A stretch of DNA of 63,496 bases, filler included, from Acidimicrobiia bacterium (GTDB taxonomy: Bacteria > Actinomycetota > Acidimicrobiia > Spongiisociales > SHLN01): NCBI GenBank assembly GCA_041619515.1. It is 3 parts of 3 records of this genome, joined end to end, with 100 filler letters (N's around TTAATTAATTAA, not from the genome) between each part and the next. Parts side by side here need not be neighbours in the genome. Positions count along the whole stretch, not along the records: positions 1 to 22,183 come from JBFKDW010000049.1; 2 more parts are not named here. The stretch is one strand, 5' to 3'. A model generated the notes under the pieces. It saw nothing but the letters and a program-made list of their open reading frames with translations, was not told where the DNA came from and did not search any database. The number at the start of each line of letters is the position of its first letter. Within the stretch, counting starts at the first letter, position 1. A program made the translations under genes and the position numbers. Below, piece by piece: positions 9,382-18,654 of the stretch.

Positions 9382-10658
9382 TTGCCGGCCGCGTTCCACA
9401 GCATCCAGCCCACCCCCCGGGCCTCGGCTTCGTCGATCGACGCTCGAATCTGGGCGTTCGTCCACCAGAAGGCTTGCAGCCACGGCCGCATGAGGGACGG
9501 CGCCACCAGCCGGGGCGATCCGTCGTCGAGTGCGTCGGCGGTCACGGGGCCGGGATGATCATTCGGGTCGGCGAAGCCGAGCCACCCGTCGCTGTAGTGG
9601 CTGGGGTAGACCATCGGGCTGACGGCGTCCACAACCTGGGACACCTCCTCGGGGCGCTGGCCGATGCCCTGGTCGTTCGGAGCTGAGAGCACGATGCCAA
9701 ATATGTCGGCGGACACGGCACACCCCATCGGATGCAGACGGGACCGGCCCTCGGCGAGAAAGCCCTGGATGGCGGCGAGTCGCGTCTCCTGGGTGGTCGG
9801 GTTGGTTCGCTGGGCGACCGCGGCCGTCTGCCCGGCCGGGAACCGGACGTAATCGAACTGGATCTCGTCGAACCCCAGCTCGCACGCCTCAACCGCCAGC
9901 TCCAGCGGATACTCCCAGTTCTCGGGGTTGCGGGCATCGATCCAGCGACCGGCCAGTTTGGCCGCCGGATCGGCCTTCACCCACACCTGGTCTTCGAAGC
10001 TGACCACCCGGGTGATCGTGTACAGCCCCCGCGCTTTGGCAGCCGCCAGCAGCGCTCCCGGGTCATACATGGGACGCACCGAGCCCAGTTCGGCGGCGGC
10101 GGCGACATCGGTCTCGTAGAGCACGTACCCGGACTCGTCCTTCGTGTCGAACACGAGGGCGTTCACCAGCGTGAGGTCGGCCAGTTCCAGCAGGCCGGCA
10201 AACTGCTCGGCGTCGGCTGCCACGTACTTGCTGACCCGAAGCGCCCGGACCACCCGCGGCTGGAGGGTGACGTCGACTTGGGCCTCGCCGGCCCAAGGAA
10301 TCTCGGTCTGGTGCCAGGCCGGCCGCGAGATGGTGACGGTTCCCGCCGGCACGCCTGCGACGGAGAATCGGCCGTCGGCGCCGGTCGTAGCCCGGGCGTC
10401 ACCGATTTGGACGACGGCGTCGGCCAGCGGTACGCCGTCGGGTGTGACAACCGAGCCGACCAGGTCGAACACCGGAATGGTCGTGGTGGTGGTGGTGGTG
10501 GTGGTGGGCAGCGTGGTGGTCGTGGTGGGTGGTGGCGGGGCAGTCGTGGTGGTCGTCGGGGCTGTGGTGGCAGGCACAGCCGGCTCCTGGGCGACGGTCG
10601 ATGTGCACGCTGCCAGAACCAGGACGAGTCCGGCGAGCGAGGTGGCGAGTCGTGACAT
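9348..10658 (-). CDS. Lipoprotein with Thr-rich linker, carboxypeptidase-regulatory-like domain and putative glycoside hydrolase (DUF4015-like) TIM barrel
   Basis: Lipobox LAAC; GFDEIQFDYVRFP, SPMVYPSHY and RPWLQAF motifs. Confidence 0.8.
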   Translation of the reverse strand: MSRLATSLAGLVLVLAACTSTVAQEPAVPATTAPTTTTTAPPPPTTTTTLPTTTTTTTTTIPVFDLVGSVVTPDGVPLADAVVQIGDARATTGADGRFSVAGVPAGTVTISRPAWHQTEIPWAGEAQVDVTLQPRVVRALRVSKYVAADAEQFAGLLELADLTLVNALVFDTKDESGYVLYETDVAAAAELGSVRPMYDPGALLAAAKARGLYTITRVVSFEDQVWVKADPAAKLAGRWIDARNPENWEYPLELAVEACELGFDEIQFDYVRFPAGQTAAVAQRTNPTTQETRLAAIQGFLAEGRSRLHPMGCAVSADIFGIVLSAPNDQGIGQRPEEVSQVVDAVSPMVYPSHYSDGWLGFADPNDHPGPVTADALDDGSPRLVAPSLMRPWLQAFWWTNAQIRASIDEAEARGVGWMLWNAAGNYSESALPKDE

Positions 10659-10687
10659 AGGCGTGGATGGTACCCGGCGGATCCATT

Positions 10688-10724
10688 CTGAGAGCGCTCT
10701 CAGGATCGCTCAGCAGCCCTTCAG
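10688..10724. promoter_or_regulatory. Perfect palindrome CTGAGAGCGCTCTCAG (10688-10703) overlapping three (C/T)TCAG direct repeats spaced 10-11 bp; candidate operator
   Basis: Seen directly in the divergent intergenic region; resembles LacI-type operators and MprA/OmpR-type boxes. Confidence 0.5.
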
Positions 10725-10780
10725 GTCGTTTGTTGGATAGTGGCCTGGTAACCGCAACAACCGACCTGAGGATCCAAACC

Positions 10781-11533
10781 ATGTACGTTCCCGAATCGCA
10801 CACGAGCCACAACCCGGTTGGGCTGGCCTTCGGTCGAGCCGGCCGATGGGTCCTCCACGATCTACCCCGCGGGTTCGTCGACCAATTCCGGAATCACCGC
10901 AAGGCGGCTGCGCTCACCTCCGTTGCCCTGGCGGCCTTCGCGGCGCTGGCCGTGTTCGCCATGACCTCGGAGACGACTCTGCTGCGGCTGGACCAGACGA
11001 TCCAGGCGTTCATTCTCGAGAGCCGCACCGCCTGGCTCGATCGGGCGATGGTGTGGCTCACATTCCTCGGGACGCGTTACGTCATCGGTGCGGCCTCGCT
11101 GGCACTGCTTGCATGGTCTCTCATCACCGGACGTCACCGCACCTTCGTCTTGATCATCGTGGCGGCTGCGCTGCTCAACCCGGTCTTCGAGATCGGGTTC
11201 AAAGAGCTCGTCGACCGGGTGCGCCCCGCCGTCTCCCAGCTGCTGCCCGGTAACGGTCCGTCGTTCCCGTCGGGCCACGTTCTGGCTGCAGTCGGGTTCT
11301 ACGGCCTGATACCGTTCCTCACCTGGGAGGTCACCGGCAACGCCTGGGCCCGTTTCACCGCCGTCTTCGGCTCCCTTGCCGTCATCGCAGTTGTGACCGT
11401 CTCCCGCCCCTACCTCGATGTCCACTGGACGACGGACGCCGTCGCCGGCGTGTTGCTGGGAACGGTCCTGGTTGCTGCCACCTATCAGGTGTTTCTGCGG
11501 TTGAACGCCGGTCGGCCGCTTCCCCGCAAGTAG
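10781..11533 (+). CDS. PAP2 family membrane phosphatase
   Basis: KELVDRVRP, PSFPSGH, SRPYLDVHWTTD (PAP2 C1-C3 motifs); start uncertain. Confidence 0.9.
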   Translation: MYVPESHTSHNPVGLAFGRAGRWVLHDLPRGFVDQFRNHRKAAALTSVALAAFAALAVFAMTSETTLLRLDQTIQAFILESRTAWLDRAMVWLTFLGTRYVIGAASLALLAWSLITGRHRTFVLIIVAAALLNPVFEIGFKELVDRVRPAVSQLLPGNGPSFPSGHVLAAVGFYGLIPFLTWEVTGNAWARFTAVFGSLAVIAVVTVSRPYLDVHWTTDAVAGVLLGTVLVAATYQVFLRLNAGRPLPRK

Positions 11534-11601
11534 CCGGGAAAGCCCTCGCTTCTTCTCCCCGGGCGGCGCCGGGAGGCCGCCCACGGCAGCTTGTCTTGCA
11601 G

Positions 11602-13926
11602 CTACCAGCCGCTGCCGCCGCCTCCCCCGCCTCCGCCCCCTCCAAAGCCACCGCCGCCTCCAAAGCCGCCGCCACCGAAGCCGCCGAACCCGCCGCCGCC
11701 GGAACTGCCACCCCAGCCGCCGCCGCCCCACGAGGAGCCGCCCCCGGCTCCGCCCCCACCGCCGAAGGTGCCGCCGCCGAAGCCGCCGAACCCACCGAAC
11801 CAGGAGTCACGATCACCCGACCACGACTGATCGGCAAACACCGGCTCCCATCCGAATGAGCCGGCGCTGCCGCGGGTGATGATCCAGTGATAGAAGAACA
11901 AGGTGTAGGGGTCAAAATATCCGAGCCGGGGAGGAATCGTCCGACCCGTCCACGAATCCTCTTGCCGGCTCGTCCCTTCATGAGCGAGCTCGGGGGCAAA
12001 CCGGTCGGCGTCCTTGATCCGGGAGCGGGCGAGAGCCTGACGCTGGGCCGCATACGCGATGGCGAACCCGCGAGGGCCGCGGGGGTCGGATGCGCCGAAG
12101 GCGGCAGCCACATCCGCATAGGTGCCCTGGAGGCCCAGATCCGACAGGGCCTGGCGCGCCTCGATCCAGCGGCGCTCGGCTTGAGCCGGCTCGAGGGAGA
12201 TGGCGAGGATGGCAGCGATCGTGCGCCGGGAATCGCCGGTGATGCCATGGGCGACGAGATTGGCCGCCAGCTGTTCGTAGACGGCCACTCCGTCGGGGCG
12301 CGCCCGCAGCAGCGCCGCCGTGAGCCCCACCGGCAGTCCGAGACGCTCGGCTTTGGCGCGAATGGCCTTGATCTTTCGCAACGAGGTCAATCCCGCCAGT
12401 GCATACTCGACCGATTCATCTGCCGGCAGCCGATTGGCGCGGTTCTTCTCGTAGGCGTCGACGAACTCGCCCACGGCCGATTCGTCGTTGTTCAAGACGA
12501 GCAGGGCGGCGATTGCGTCGATGTCCAGCCCATCCTGCTTGAGGCTCCGGCCGTCCTGTTCGAGCGCGTCCTGGACCCTGGCATAGCGTTCGACTGCGTT
12601 GTCGAGGTCATCACCCAGGTCGGCCAGGGCCGCGGCGACGGCCGGGCGGGCGGCGGTATCGGGCAGCTTGTCGTACAGCTGCTCGAGTGCTGCGGTCTTG
12701 GTGGTAGCCGTGTCGTAGGCGCGTTCCAGGTCGGCGGCAGAGTCGGCCGCCTTGGATCCGGGGTCGAGTGCCGGGCCGGCGCGAAGGAATCGCTCACCGA
12801 GATCGGTGATGAGCGCCGGGCCGTGCGGGGTATCGGCCAATTGCTCGGCGATGCTCTGCCCGACCCGAAAGCGGGCACCTGCCACCCGGTGTGGCCTCAG
12901 GCTGTCCACCAGCCTCGCCAGATCGGCGAGCCGGATTTGGAATTCCTCATCGTGGGAGGGTTTGACCTCCAACGCCTGGTGGGCTATCTCCTGGACCGCA
13001 TCGTCGGTGATGTCCCGTTCGCCCGATGCCTCGAGCTCGAGCGGGATCTCGGTGTCGGCGAGCAGGCGAGCCCGATCGATGACGTCGACCATTCCCAGGC
13101 GCCAGGCGTCGGCCACTGCCTCGCCATCCTGCGCCGCTTCTCCCCGTGCCATCGAGTTGAGAGCTTCCACGACCGCCATCGTGGTCGTCACCGGTGCCGC
13201 CTCCGGACGGGGCGCCGCATACTCGGCAATCAGGGGAAGCTCGTGGCCGGCAACCTCGAGCCGGTCCAGCTCGCCGTCGACGAGCTCGGCCCGCTGCCGG
13301 CGGATGCGCTTGCGGCTCTGGCTCCTCACCCCGAGCACGGCAGCTCCTCCCACCCCCAGCCCGACCAACCCGACCACGGCGGCAACCGCCCCCCAGCTGG
13401 TGCCGGTGGATCGTTCGCCGCTCACGTAAGCGTCGAATCCGTCGCCGAGACCCGACAGTATCCCGAGCACGCCGGCGTCGAAATCACCGTTGCGAAACCC
13501 GCCGTTGCCGAGGGCGGCAATGTCGGCCGGGTCGCGAGGGAAGTCGCCAAGGCCGTCGCCGTATTCCACCCAGGTGTTGCGCCCGCCCACGTCAACCACC
13601 ACCACGATCCCGTCGTTTCGCTCGGCGCTACCCACCCCCCAGGTGTTGCCCAGCTCCTGGGCAAACCGCTGGATGGACCAGTCGCCGATCGAATCGACCA
13701 GCACGACCGCCACCTGGGCGCCGTACAGACCCTCGATACGGGCCGCCTCCGCTTCCAGCAATGCGTCGTTGTCGATGACATCGGCACGGTCGGTCACGAA
13801 ACCGTCGCAGGTGATCCCTTCAAATTCAGGGCAGGTGGTGTCCTGAGCGCTGGCTGGGGTCGTCGTGAAGAACAGGCCCAAGCACAGGAGCGTGAGGGCC
13901 GGGACTCGGCGGCGATAGCGACGCAT
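11602..13926 (-). CDS. TPM-domain membrane protein with long cytoplasmic region and Gly-rich C-terminal tail
   Basis: Signal peptide, TPM motif (NTWGVG...NDGIVVVV...VEYGDGL), one TM, GGFGGGG low-complexity tail. Confidence 0.8.
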   Translation of the reverse strand: MRRYRRRVPALTLLCLGLFFTTTPASAQDTTCPEFEGITCDGFVTDRADVIDNDALLEAEAARIEGLYGAQVAVVLVDSIGDWSIQRFAQELGNTWGVGSAERNDGIVVVVDVGGRNTWVEYGDGLGDFPRDPADIAALGNGGFRNGDFDAGVLGILSGLGDGFDAYVSGERSTGTSWGAVAAVVGLVGLGVGGAAVLGVRSQSRKRIRRQRAELVDGELDRLEVAGHELPLIAEYAAPRPEAAPVTTTMAVVEALNSMARGEAAQDGEAVADAWRLGMVDVIDRARLLADTEIPLELEASGERDITDDAVQEIAHQALEVKPSHDEEFQIRLADLARLVDSLRPHRVAGARFRVGQSIAEQLADTPHGPALITDLGERFLRAGPALDPGSKAADSAADLERAYDTATTKTAALEQLYDKLPDTAARPAVAAALADLGDDLDNAVERYARVQDALEQDGRSLKQDGLDIDAIAALLVLNNDESAVGEFVDAYEKNRANRLPADESVEYALAGLTSLRKIKAIRAKAERLGLPVGLTAALLRARPDGVAVYEQLAANLVAHGITGDSRRTIAAILAISLEPAQAERRWIEARQALSDLGLQGTYADVAAAFGASDPRGPRGFAIAYAAQRQALARSRIKDADRFAPELAHEGTSRQEDSWTGRTIPPRLGYFDPYTLFFYHWIITRGSAGSFGWEPVFADQSWSGDRDSWFGGFGGFGGGTFGGGGGAGGGSSWGGGGWGGSSGGGGFGGFGGGGFGGGGGFGGGGGGGGGGSGW

Positions 13927-13928
13927 GC

Positions 13929-14972
13929 TCAGAAGCTAGCCCGTCGGCCGGGCAGGGAATGGCGTGACAGTGTGACGTCGTCGAGCACATCGAGGTCGAT
14001 GTCGACGCCGATCCCCGGTGCCTCGGGCACCGTGAGGTTGCCGTCTGTGAGCTCCCATGCAGGGATCGTGAGATCCCGCTCCCAATAGCGGTTCGAGGCA
14101 GACAAATCCGCCGGGAAGCTGAAACCGGGCAGTCGAGCGACGGCGAGGGCGGCGGCCCGGCCGATACCGGTCTCCAGCAGGCCGCCGACAACCAGCCCGA
14201 TCCCTGCCGACTCGGCCAGATCGTGCAGCTCAACGGCTTTGCCCAAGCCGCCAAGACGAGCGGGTTTGATGTTGACCACGTCACAGGCGGCGGCGGCGAT
14301 CGCGGCGCGCAGGGTGGGGAGCCCGGTGACGGATTCATCGAGACAAATGGGGGTGGAAAAGTCTGAGCGGAGTCGTGCGAAGGCGCTCCACTCGGTCTTG
14401 GGTGCGAACGGCTGCTCCAGGTAGAGCAAACCCATCTCGTCGAGTGCGGAGGGAACTGCCGCCGGGGTATACGACCCGTTGGCATCGGCGCAGATGAGAG
14501 CCCCGGGATGCCGGGAGCGAAGCTCGGTGAGCGGTTCGATATCGAAGCCCGGCCCGATCTTTACTTTGAGCTTGCGGTAGCCCTCCCGGATCCGCTCCTC
14601 TCCCTCGGCGACAGTCCCGGCGACATCACCGAAGTGGGCTACCACGGCACCGGATGCGACGGCACCGGCGGTCCCGCCCAAGACCCCCGTGAGGGGGAGC
14701 CCGCGCTGCTTTGCCTGCAGATCGAGCTCGGCGGTGCTGCGGGCCGAAAGAGCCATGGGGTTGGAGTGGGTCACCGGAGCCCCGGTCAGGCTGGCCAAAG
14801 CCGTTTCCGTCGTCTCACGGGAGTAGCCGGGCAGCTCTACGAACTCGCCCCATCCCGACAGACCGCCGTGGCTGACCTCGACGATGATTCCGCGGCGATG
14901 GGTCAGCGTGTGGGCGGCTGCCTGATAGCGGGCCAGCAGCGGGATCTCGACGACAAAGGCTTCAGCCGGCAT
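13929..14972 (-). CDS. menC: o-succinylbenzoate synthase / N-succinylamino acid racemase (enolase superfamily)
   Basis: KxK (KVKIGPG), DAN, EQP, DES, NIKPARLGG, GGLLETGIGRA. Confidence 0.78.
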   Translation of the reverse strand: MPAEAFVVEIPLLARYQAAAHTLTHRRGIIVEVSHGGLSGWGEFVELPGYSRETTETALASLTGAPVTHSNPMALSARSTAELDLQAKQRGLPLTGVLGGTAGAVASGAVVAHFGDVAGTVAEGEERIREGYRKLKVKIGPGFDIEPLTELRSRHPGALICADANGSYTPAAVPSALDEMGLLYLEQPFAPKTEWSAFARLRSDFSTPICLDESVTGLPTLRAAIAAAACDVVNIKPARLGGLGKAVELHDLAESAGIGLVVGGLLETGIGRAAALAVARLPGFSFPADLSASNRYWERDLTIPAWELTDGNLTVPEAPGIGVDIDLDVLDDVTLSRHSLPGRRASF

Positions 14973-14991
14973 GAGCGGAGGTTATTGCGGC

Positions 14992-15030
14992 GGCAAAAAG
15001 CACCCCGGTGCGTCCGGAGTGCTTCTTGCC
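14992..15030 (-). terminator. Intrinsic terminator after the ABC substrate-binding gene
   Basis: Minus strand GCACTCCGG-ACGCA-CCGGGGTGC followed by TTTTT. Confidence 0.75.
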
Positions 15031-15046
15031 AGAGATTGATCGAGGC

Positions 15047-15955
15047 TCAGAAGCCGTTGTCTGCCAGCCACTCCTTGGCGAGCGTGTCGGCGTCCTCGGC
15101 GTCGAGGCTGAACCGCTTGTTGAGTTCGGATAGCTCGGCAGTCGTGATCTTTGATGCCACATCGTTCAGCAGATCGGGCAGGTCGCTGTCGTACTCGTCG
15201 AGCACGGCGGTCCGAATCACCGGCACGATGTTCTCGGCCGGCTGCAACAGCTTGTCGTCCTCGAGCAGCACGTACCCCTTGGCGGCAATCACGCCGTCCG
15301 AAGTGAACAGGAGGCCGACATCGATCTCACCGCCGTCCAGCGCCGCGACCGTCAGCGGGCCGCCGACGTCGAGCGGCTGGAACGACGCAAACTCGAGGCC
15401 GTACACATCGGTGAGCCCGATGAGGCAGAACTCGCGCTCAGGGCACTCGGGGGGCCCTCCGAGGACGAGGTTGCCGTTCTGGGCCGCCAGATCGCTCACC
15501 TTGCTGAGACCGTACAGCTCGGCGGTGTCGGCCGTGACTACGAATCCGTTCTTGTCCTGGGCGGGCGCATAGTCGAGAACGGTGATGCCCTTCGGCTCCA
15601 GATTTGCGACGAGATCGGCGTGGGTCTGGTCCGAATCGGTGCTCGAGGTCCCGCCCTCGAACGTGAGCAAGGTCCCGGTGTACTCGGCCATGAGATCGAT
15701 CTCACCGGACTTCAGCGCCGGGTTGACCACCTCTCGCGAGCCCAATTGAAACTTGGTTTCCACCGGGTATCCGGCATTCTCGAGGGCCTGAGCGAAGATC
15801 TCGCCCAGGATCTCCTGCTCGGCGAAGTTCGTGGCGCCGACAACGATGGTCGGTCCTTCTGTGTCTGAGCTCTCACCCGACCCGCAGGCGGCTGCCACGA
15901 GGGCCAGTGCTGCCAGGGTCGCCCCGAGGGCTCGATTGCGGAACATCTTCCGCAT
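15047..15955 (-). CDS. Osmoprotectant (glycine betaine/choline/carnitine) ABC transporter substrate-binding lipoprotein
   Basis: Lipobox AAAC; GATNFAEQEILGEI, GEIDLMAEYTGTL, VLLEDDK motifs (OpuAC/OsmF type). Confidence 0.92.
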   Translation of the reverse strand: MRKMFRNRALGATLAALALVAAACGSGESSDTEGPTIVVGATNFAEQEILGEIFAQALENAGYPVETKFQLGSREVVNPALKSGEIDLMAEYTGTLLTFEGGTSSTDSDQTHADLVANLEPKGITVLDYAPAQDKNGFVVTADTAELYGLSKVSDLAAQNGNLVLGGPPECPEREFCLIGLTDVYGLEFASFQPLDVGGPLTVAALDGGEIDVGLLFTSDGVIAAKGYVLLEDDKLLQPAENIVPVIRTAVLDEYDSDLPDLLNDVASKITTAELSELNKRFSLDAEDADTLAKEWLADNGF

Positions 15956-16035
15956 GGGTTTCTCCCTTCCGATCGTACATGACGAAACCGCCGATAGGCG
16001 GCGTCAAGGACAACACCCTAGGGCGGGCAATATTC

Positions 16036-16803
16036 CTATGCAGGGAGACCGGCCTGCACGGGCACAGCCACCGCCGACTCCTCGAGGCCGGTGTCGGCGA
16101 GCTGGAGGGGCCGCGGAACAACCCGGCGCTCAATGAGCCCGAACAAGGTCTCGGTGAGAATGGCGAGAAGAGCAACCAGCAGTGCCCCGGCGAAGATCTG
16201 GACGTTGTCCTGGACGGCGAAGCCGTCGACGATGAAGCGTCCCAGGCCGCGGTACGCCACCAGAGCAGCCAGCGGAGAAGTCGCCACAACCTGCACAGCC
16301 GAGATGCGAAGGCCGGTGATGATCACCGGGGACGCCAGCGGCACTTCGACGGAGCGAAGGATCTTCCCCTCTTTGAGCCCCATTCCCCGGGCCGCTTCCA
16401 CCGTGCCCGGGTCGACTTCACGAATTCCGATGTAGGTGTTGGTGAAGATCGGCGGCAAAGCCAGGGCGAACAACGCAATCAGCGCCGGGAAGAATCCGAG
16501 GCCCGATCCGAAGATCGGCACGCCGTCGGGGATGTTGCGGGCGATGCGGATGGTGATCGGCAGCGCCAAGGCGATGATGCCGAAGGACGGCAGGGCCCGG
16601 CCGATGTTGACCACTGCGACCGCGGAGACCCCGAACCGGCGGTAGTGGCCGAGGACGGCTCCGAGTGGCACTGCGATGACCGCTGCGGACAACGTGGCCA
16701 ATCCCGACAGGCGAATCGTGTTCCAGGTCCGCCACAGGTACCCGTCCTCGCCGGACCAGTTCTCGGTGAACCAAACCACCACATCGCCGAGGAAGCTGAT
16801 CAC
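16036..16803 (-). CDS. Osmoprotectant ABC transporter permease
   Basis: GRALPSFG and EAARGMG EAA motif; GTG start overlaps the upstream stop. Confidence 0.9.
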   Translation of the reverse strand: MISFLGDVVVWFTENWSGEDGYLWRTWNTIRLSGLATLSAAVIAVPLGAVLGHYRRFGVSAVAVVNIGRALPSFGIIALALPITIRIARNIPDGVPIFGSGLGFFPALIALFALALPPIFTNTYIGIREVDPGTVEAARGMGLKEGKILRSVEVPLASPVIITGLRISAVQVVATSPLAALVAYRGLGRFIVDGFAVQDNVQIFAGALLVALLAILTETLFGLIERRVVPRPLQLADTGLEESAVAVPVQAGLPA

Positions 16804-17477
16804 GCCTTCGCTCCCTGCCGTCGCGACCACGGCGTGAGCAGTCGTTCGACGCCCAGCAACGCCAGGTCGAGTGTCACCGCCAGCATCACCGACAACAGGG
16901 TCCCGAGCACGATCTCGGTGGAGAAGAACCGGTTGAGGCCGCGGAGAATGAAGAAACCAACCCCGCCCTGGCCGATGAGAGCGGTGACCGTGACCAAGCC
17001 GATCGTTGTGACCCCCGCTATCCGGAGGCCGGCGATGATCACCGGCAGCGCCAGCGGAAGCTCGATCTCGAGGAACAGCCGGCGGCGCGTGTACCCCATG
17101 CCGGTGGCGGCTTCCTTGACGGCCGGATCGACTCCGTCGATGCCTGCGACGATGTTCCGAATCAGGATGAGCAACGTGTAGCTGACGAGCCCGATCTCTG
17201 CGGTCAGAACGGTGAAGCCGGTGATCGGCACGAGGAAGGCGAACAGGGCCAGCGAGGGGACCGAGTAGGCCACGCCGGTGATCCAGGTGATGGGTGCATA
17301 CGTGCGGCGCCACCGAATCGCCAGCGTGCTGAGCACCAGCGACAAGGCGAGCCCCACCCCGAGGGCGATGCCCGTGAGCACGAGGTGCTCGGCGACCTTC
17401 TCCCAGATGAGATCGAGGTGCCCCCAGATCCAATCCCAGCGGATGAAAGGATCACCGGTTTGGGTCTGGGCGATCAT
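16800..17477 (-). CDS. Osmoprotectant ABC transporter permease
   Basis: YSVPSLALF and EAATGMG...IELPLALPVIIAGLR. Confidence 0.9.
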   Translation of the reverse strand: MIAQTQTGDPFIRWDWIWGHLDLIWEKVAEHLVLTGIALGVGLALSLVLSTLAIRWRRTYAPITWITGVAYSVPSLALFAFLVPITGFTVLTAEIGLVSYTLLILIRNIVAGIDGVDPAVKEAATGMGYTRRRLFLEIELPLALPVIIAGLRIAGVTTIGLVTVTALIGQGGVGFFILRGLNRFFSTEIVLGTLLSVMLAVTLDLALLGVERLLTPWSRRQGAKA

Positions 17478-18571
17478 TCGATGAGGTGCCTGGTGATCTG
17501 CTCGATGCTGAGCATGCCCAGATAGCGATCGCCGTCGTCGACGACCGCGACCCCCGTGTGCGAGCTCACCACCGAGTCCAATGCCTCCCGCAGCGACTGG
17601 GTTGCCGAGAGCCGCACCGAGAACGGACGCGGTTCGAGCTCCCCGGCGGTTCCGGTCACCTCGTTGCCCCACACCCACCCGAGGAGGCGGGTTTGTGAGC
17701 CGACGCCCACCCAGTCGACGCCGTGCTCCTTCATCGTGGCCTCGACCTCCACCCGGGTCGCCGACGGCTCGACAACCGGCCCGCGTTGAAGATCGACTTG
17801 GGTGATGGCCGTCAACGACAATCGTTTCAAGCTGCGATCGCTGCCGAGGAACTCCTCAACGAACCTGTCGGCCGGAGCCCGCAGAATCTCGGCCGGTGAG
17901 GCATATTGCTCGAGAATCCCCCCGACATTGAGGATGGCGACCCGATCTCCCAGCTTGATGGCCTCGTCGATGTCGTGGGTGACGAACACGATGGTCTTGC
18001 GAACCCTCCGCTGTAAGTCGAGCAGCTCGTCCTGCAGCCGGCTGCGCACGATGGGGTCGACGGCCCCGAACGGCTCGTCCATCAACAACACCGGCGGATC
18101 GGCCGCCAGCGCACGGGCCACTCCGACGCGCTGTTGCTGGCCTCCTGAGAGCTCGGCAGGATACCGGTCCTTCATCTCGCGCTCGAGGCCGACCAGATCG
18201 ATGAGCTCGTCGACCCGCTGGTGAATCTTCGGCTTGTCCCATCCGAGGAGCCCGGGCACGGTGGCGATGTTCTCGGCGATCGTCCGGTGCGGGAAGAGGC
18301 CGATGCGCTGAATCACGTAACCGATGCCCTGGCGGAGCTCCGGGGCTTCCAAGCTGGTGATGTCGTTTCCCGCCACCTCGATGGTGCCGCTGGTCGCCTC
18401 GACCAGCCGGTTGATCATCTTCAGCGTTGTGGTCTTGCCGCACCCGGAGGGGCCGACGAACACGACGATCTCACCCTCGGCGATGTCGAGGCTCAGCTCG
18501 GCAACGGCCGGGAGCCGTTGGCCGGGGAACGTCTTGGAGACGCCCTGGAGGCGGATCATTGGCTGGGACAT
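17474..18571 (-). CDS. Osmoprotectant ABC transporter ATP-binding protein with CBS-like C-terminus
   Basis: GPSGCGKTT, LSGGQQQR, LLMDEPFGAVDP. Confidence 0.94.
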   Translation of the reverse strand: MSQPMIRLQGVSKTFPGQRLPAVAELSLDIAEGEIVVFVGPSGCGKTTTLKMINRLVEATSGTIEVAGNDITSLEAPELRQGIGYVIQRIGLFPHRTIAENIATVPGLLGWDKPKIHQRVDELIDLVGLEREMKDRYPAELSGGQQQRVGVARALAADPPVLLMDEPFGAVDPIVRSRLQDELLDLQRRVRKTIVFVTHDIDEAIKLGDRVAILNVGGILEQYASPAEILRAPADRFVEEFLGSDRSLKRLSLTAITQVDLQRGPVVEPSATRVEVEATMKEHGVDWVGVGSQTRLLGWVWGNEVTGTAGELEPRPFSVRLSATQSLREALDSVVSSHTGVAVVDDGDRYLGMLSIEQITRHLIE

Positions 18572-18654
18572 CGCCGCGCAGCCTAAAGCAATGAGCGGGT
18601 TGCAGGCTCAGAGAATCCCGGGTCTCAGCCGGATTGCGGCCCGCCGAAAGGCAG

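Noticed and set aside
10480..10570. GTG triplet runs (also the GCC runs at 11602-11800 and the Thr/Ser runs at 62020-62300)
   Set aside because: They encode Thr-rich linkers or Gly-rich tails within proteins
11887..14088. Numerous long alternative-frame ORFs (e.g. 733 aa here, 663 aa at 19670, 710 aa at 45667)
   Set aside because: Antisense shadows expected in high-GC DNA; no protein motifs
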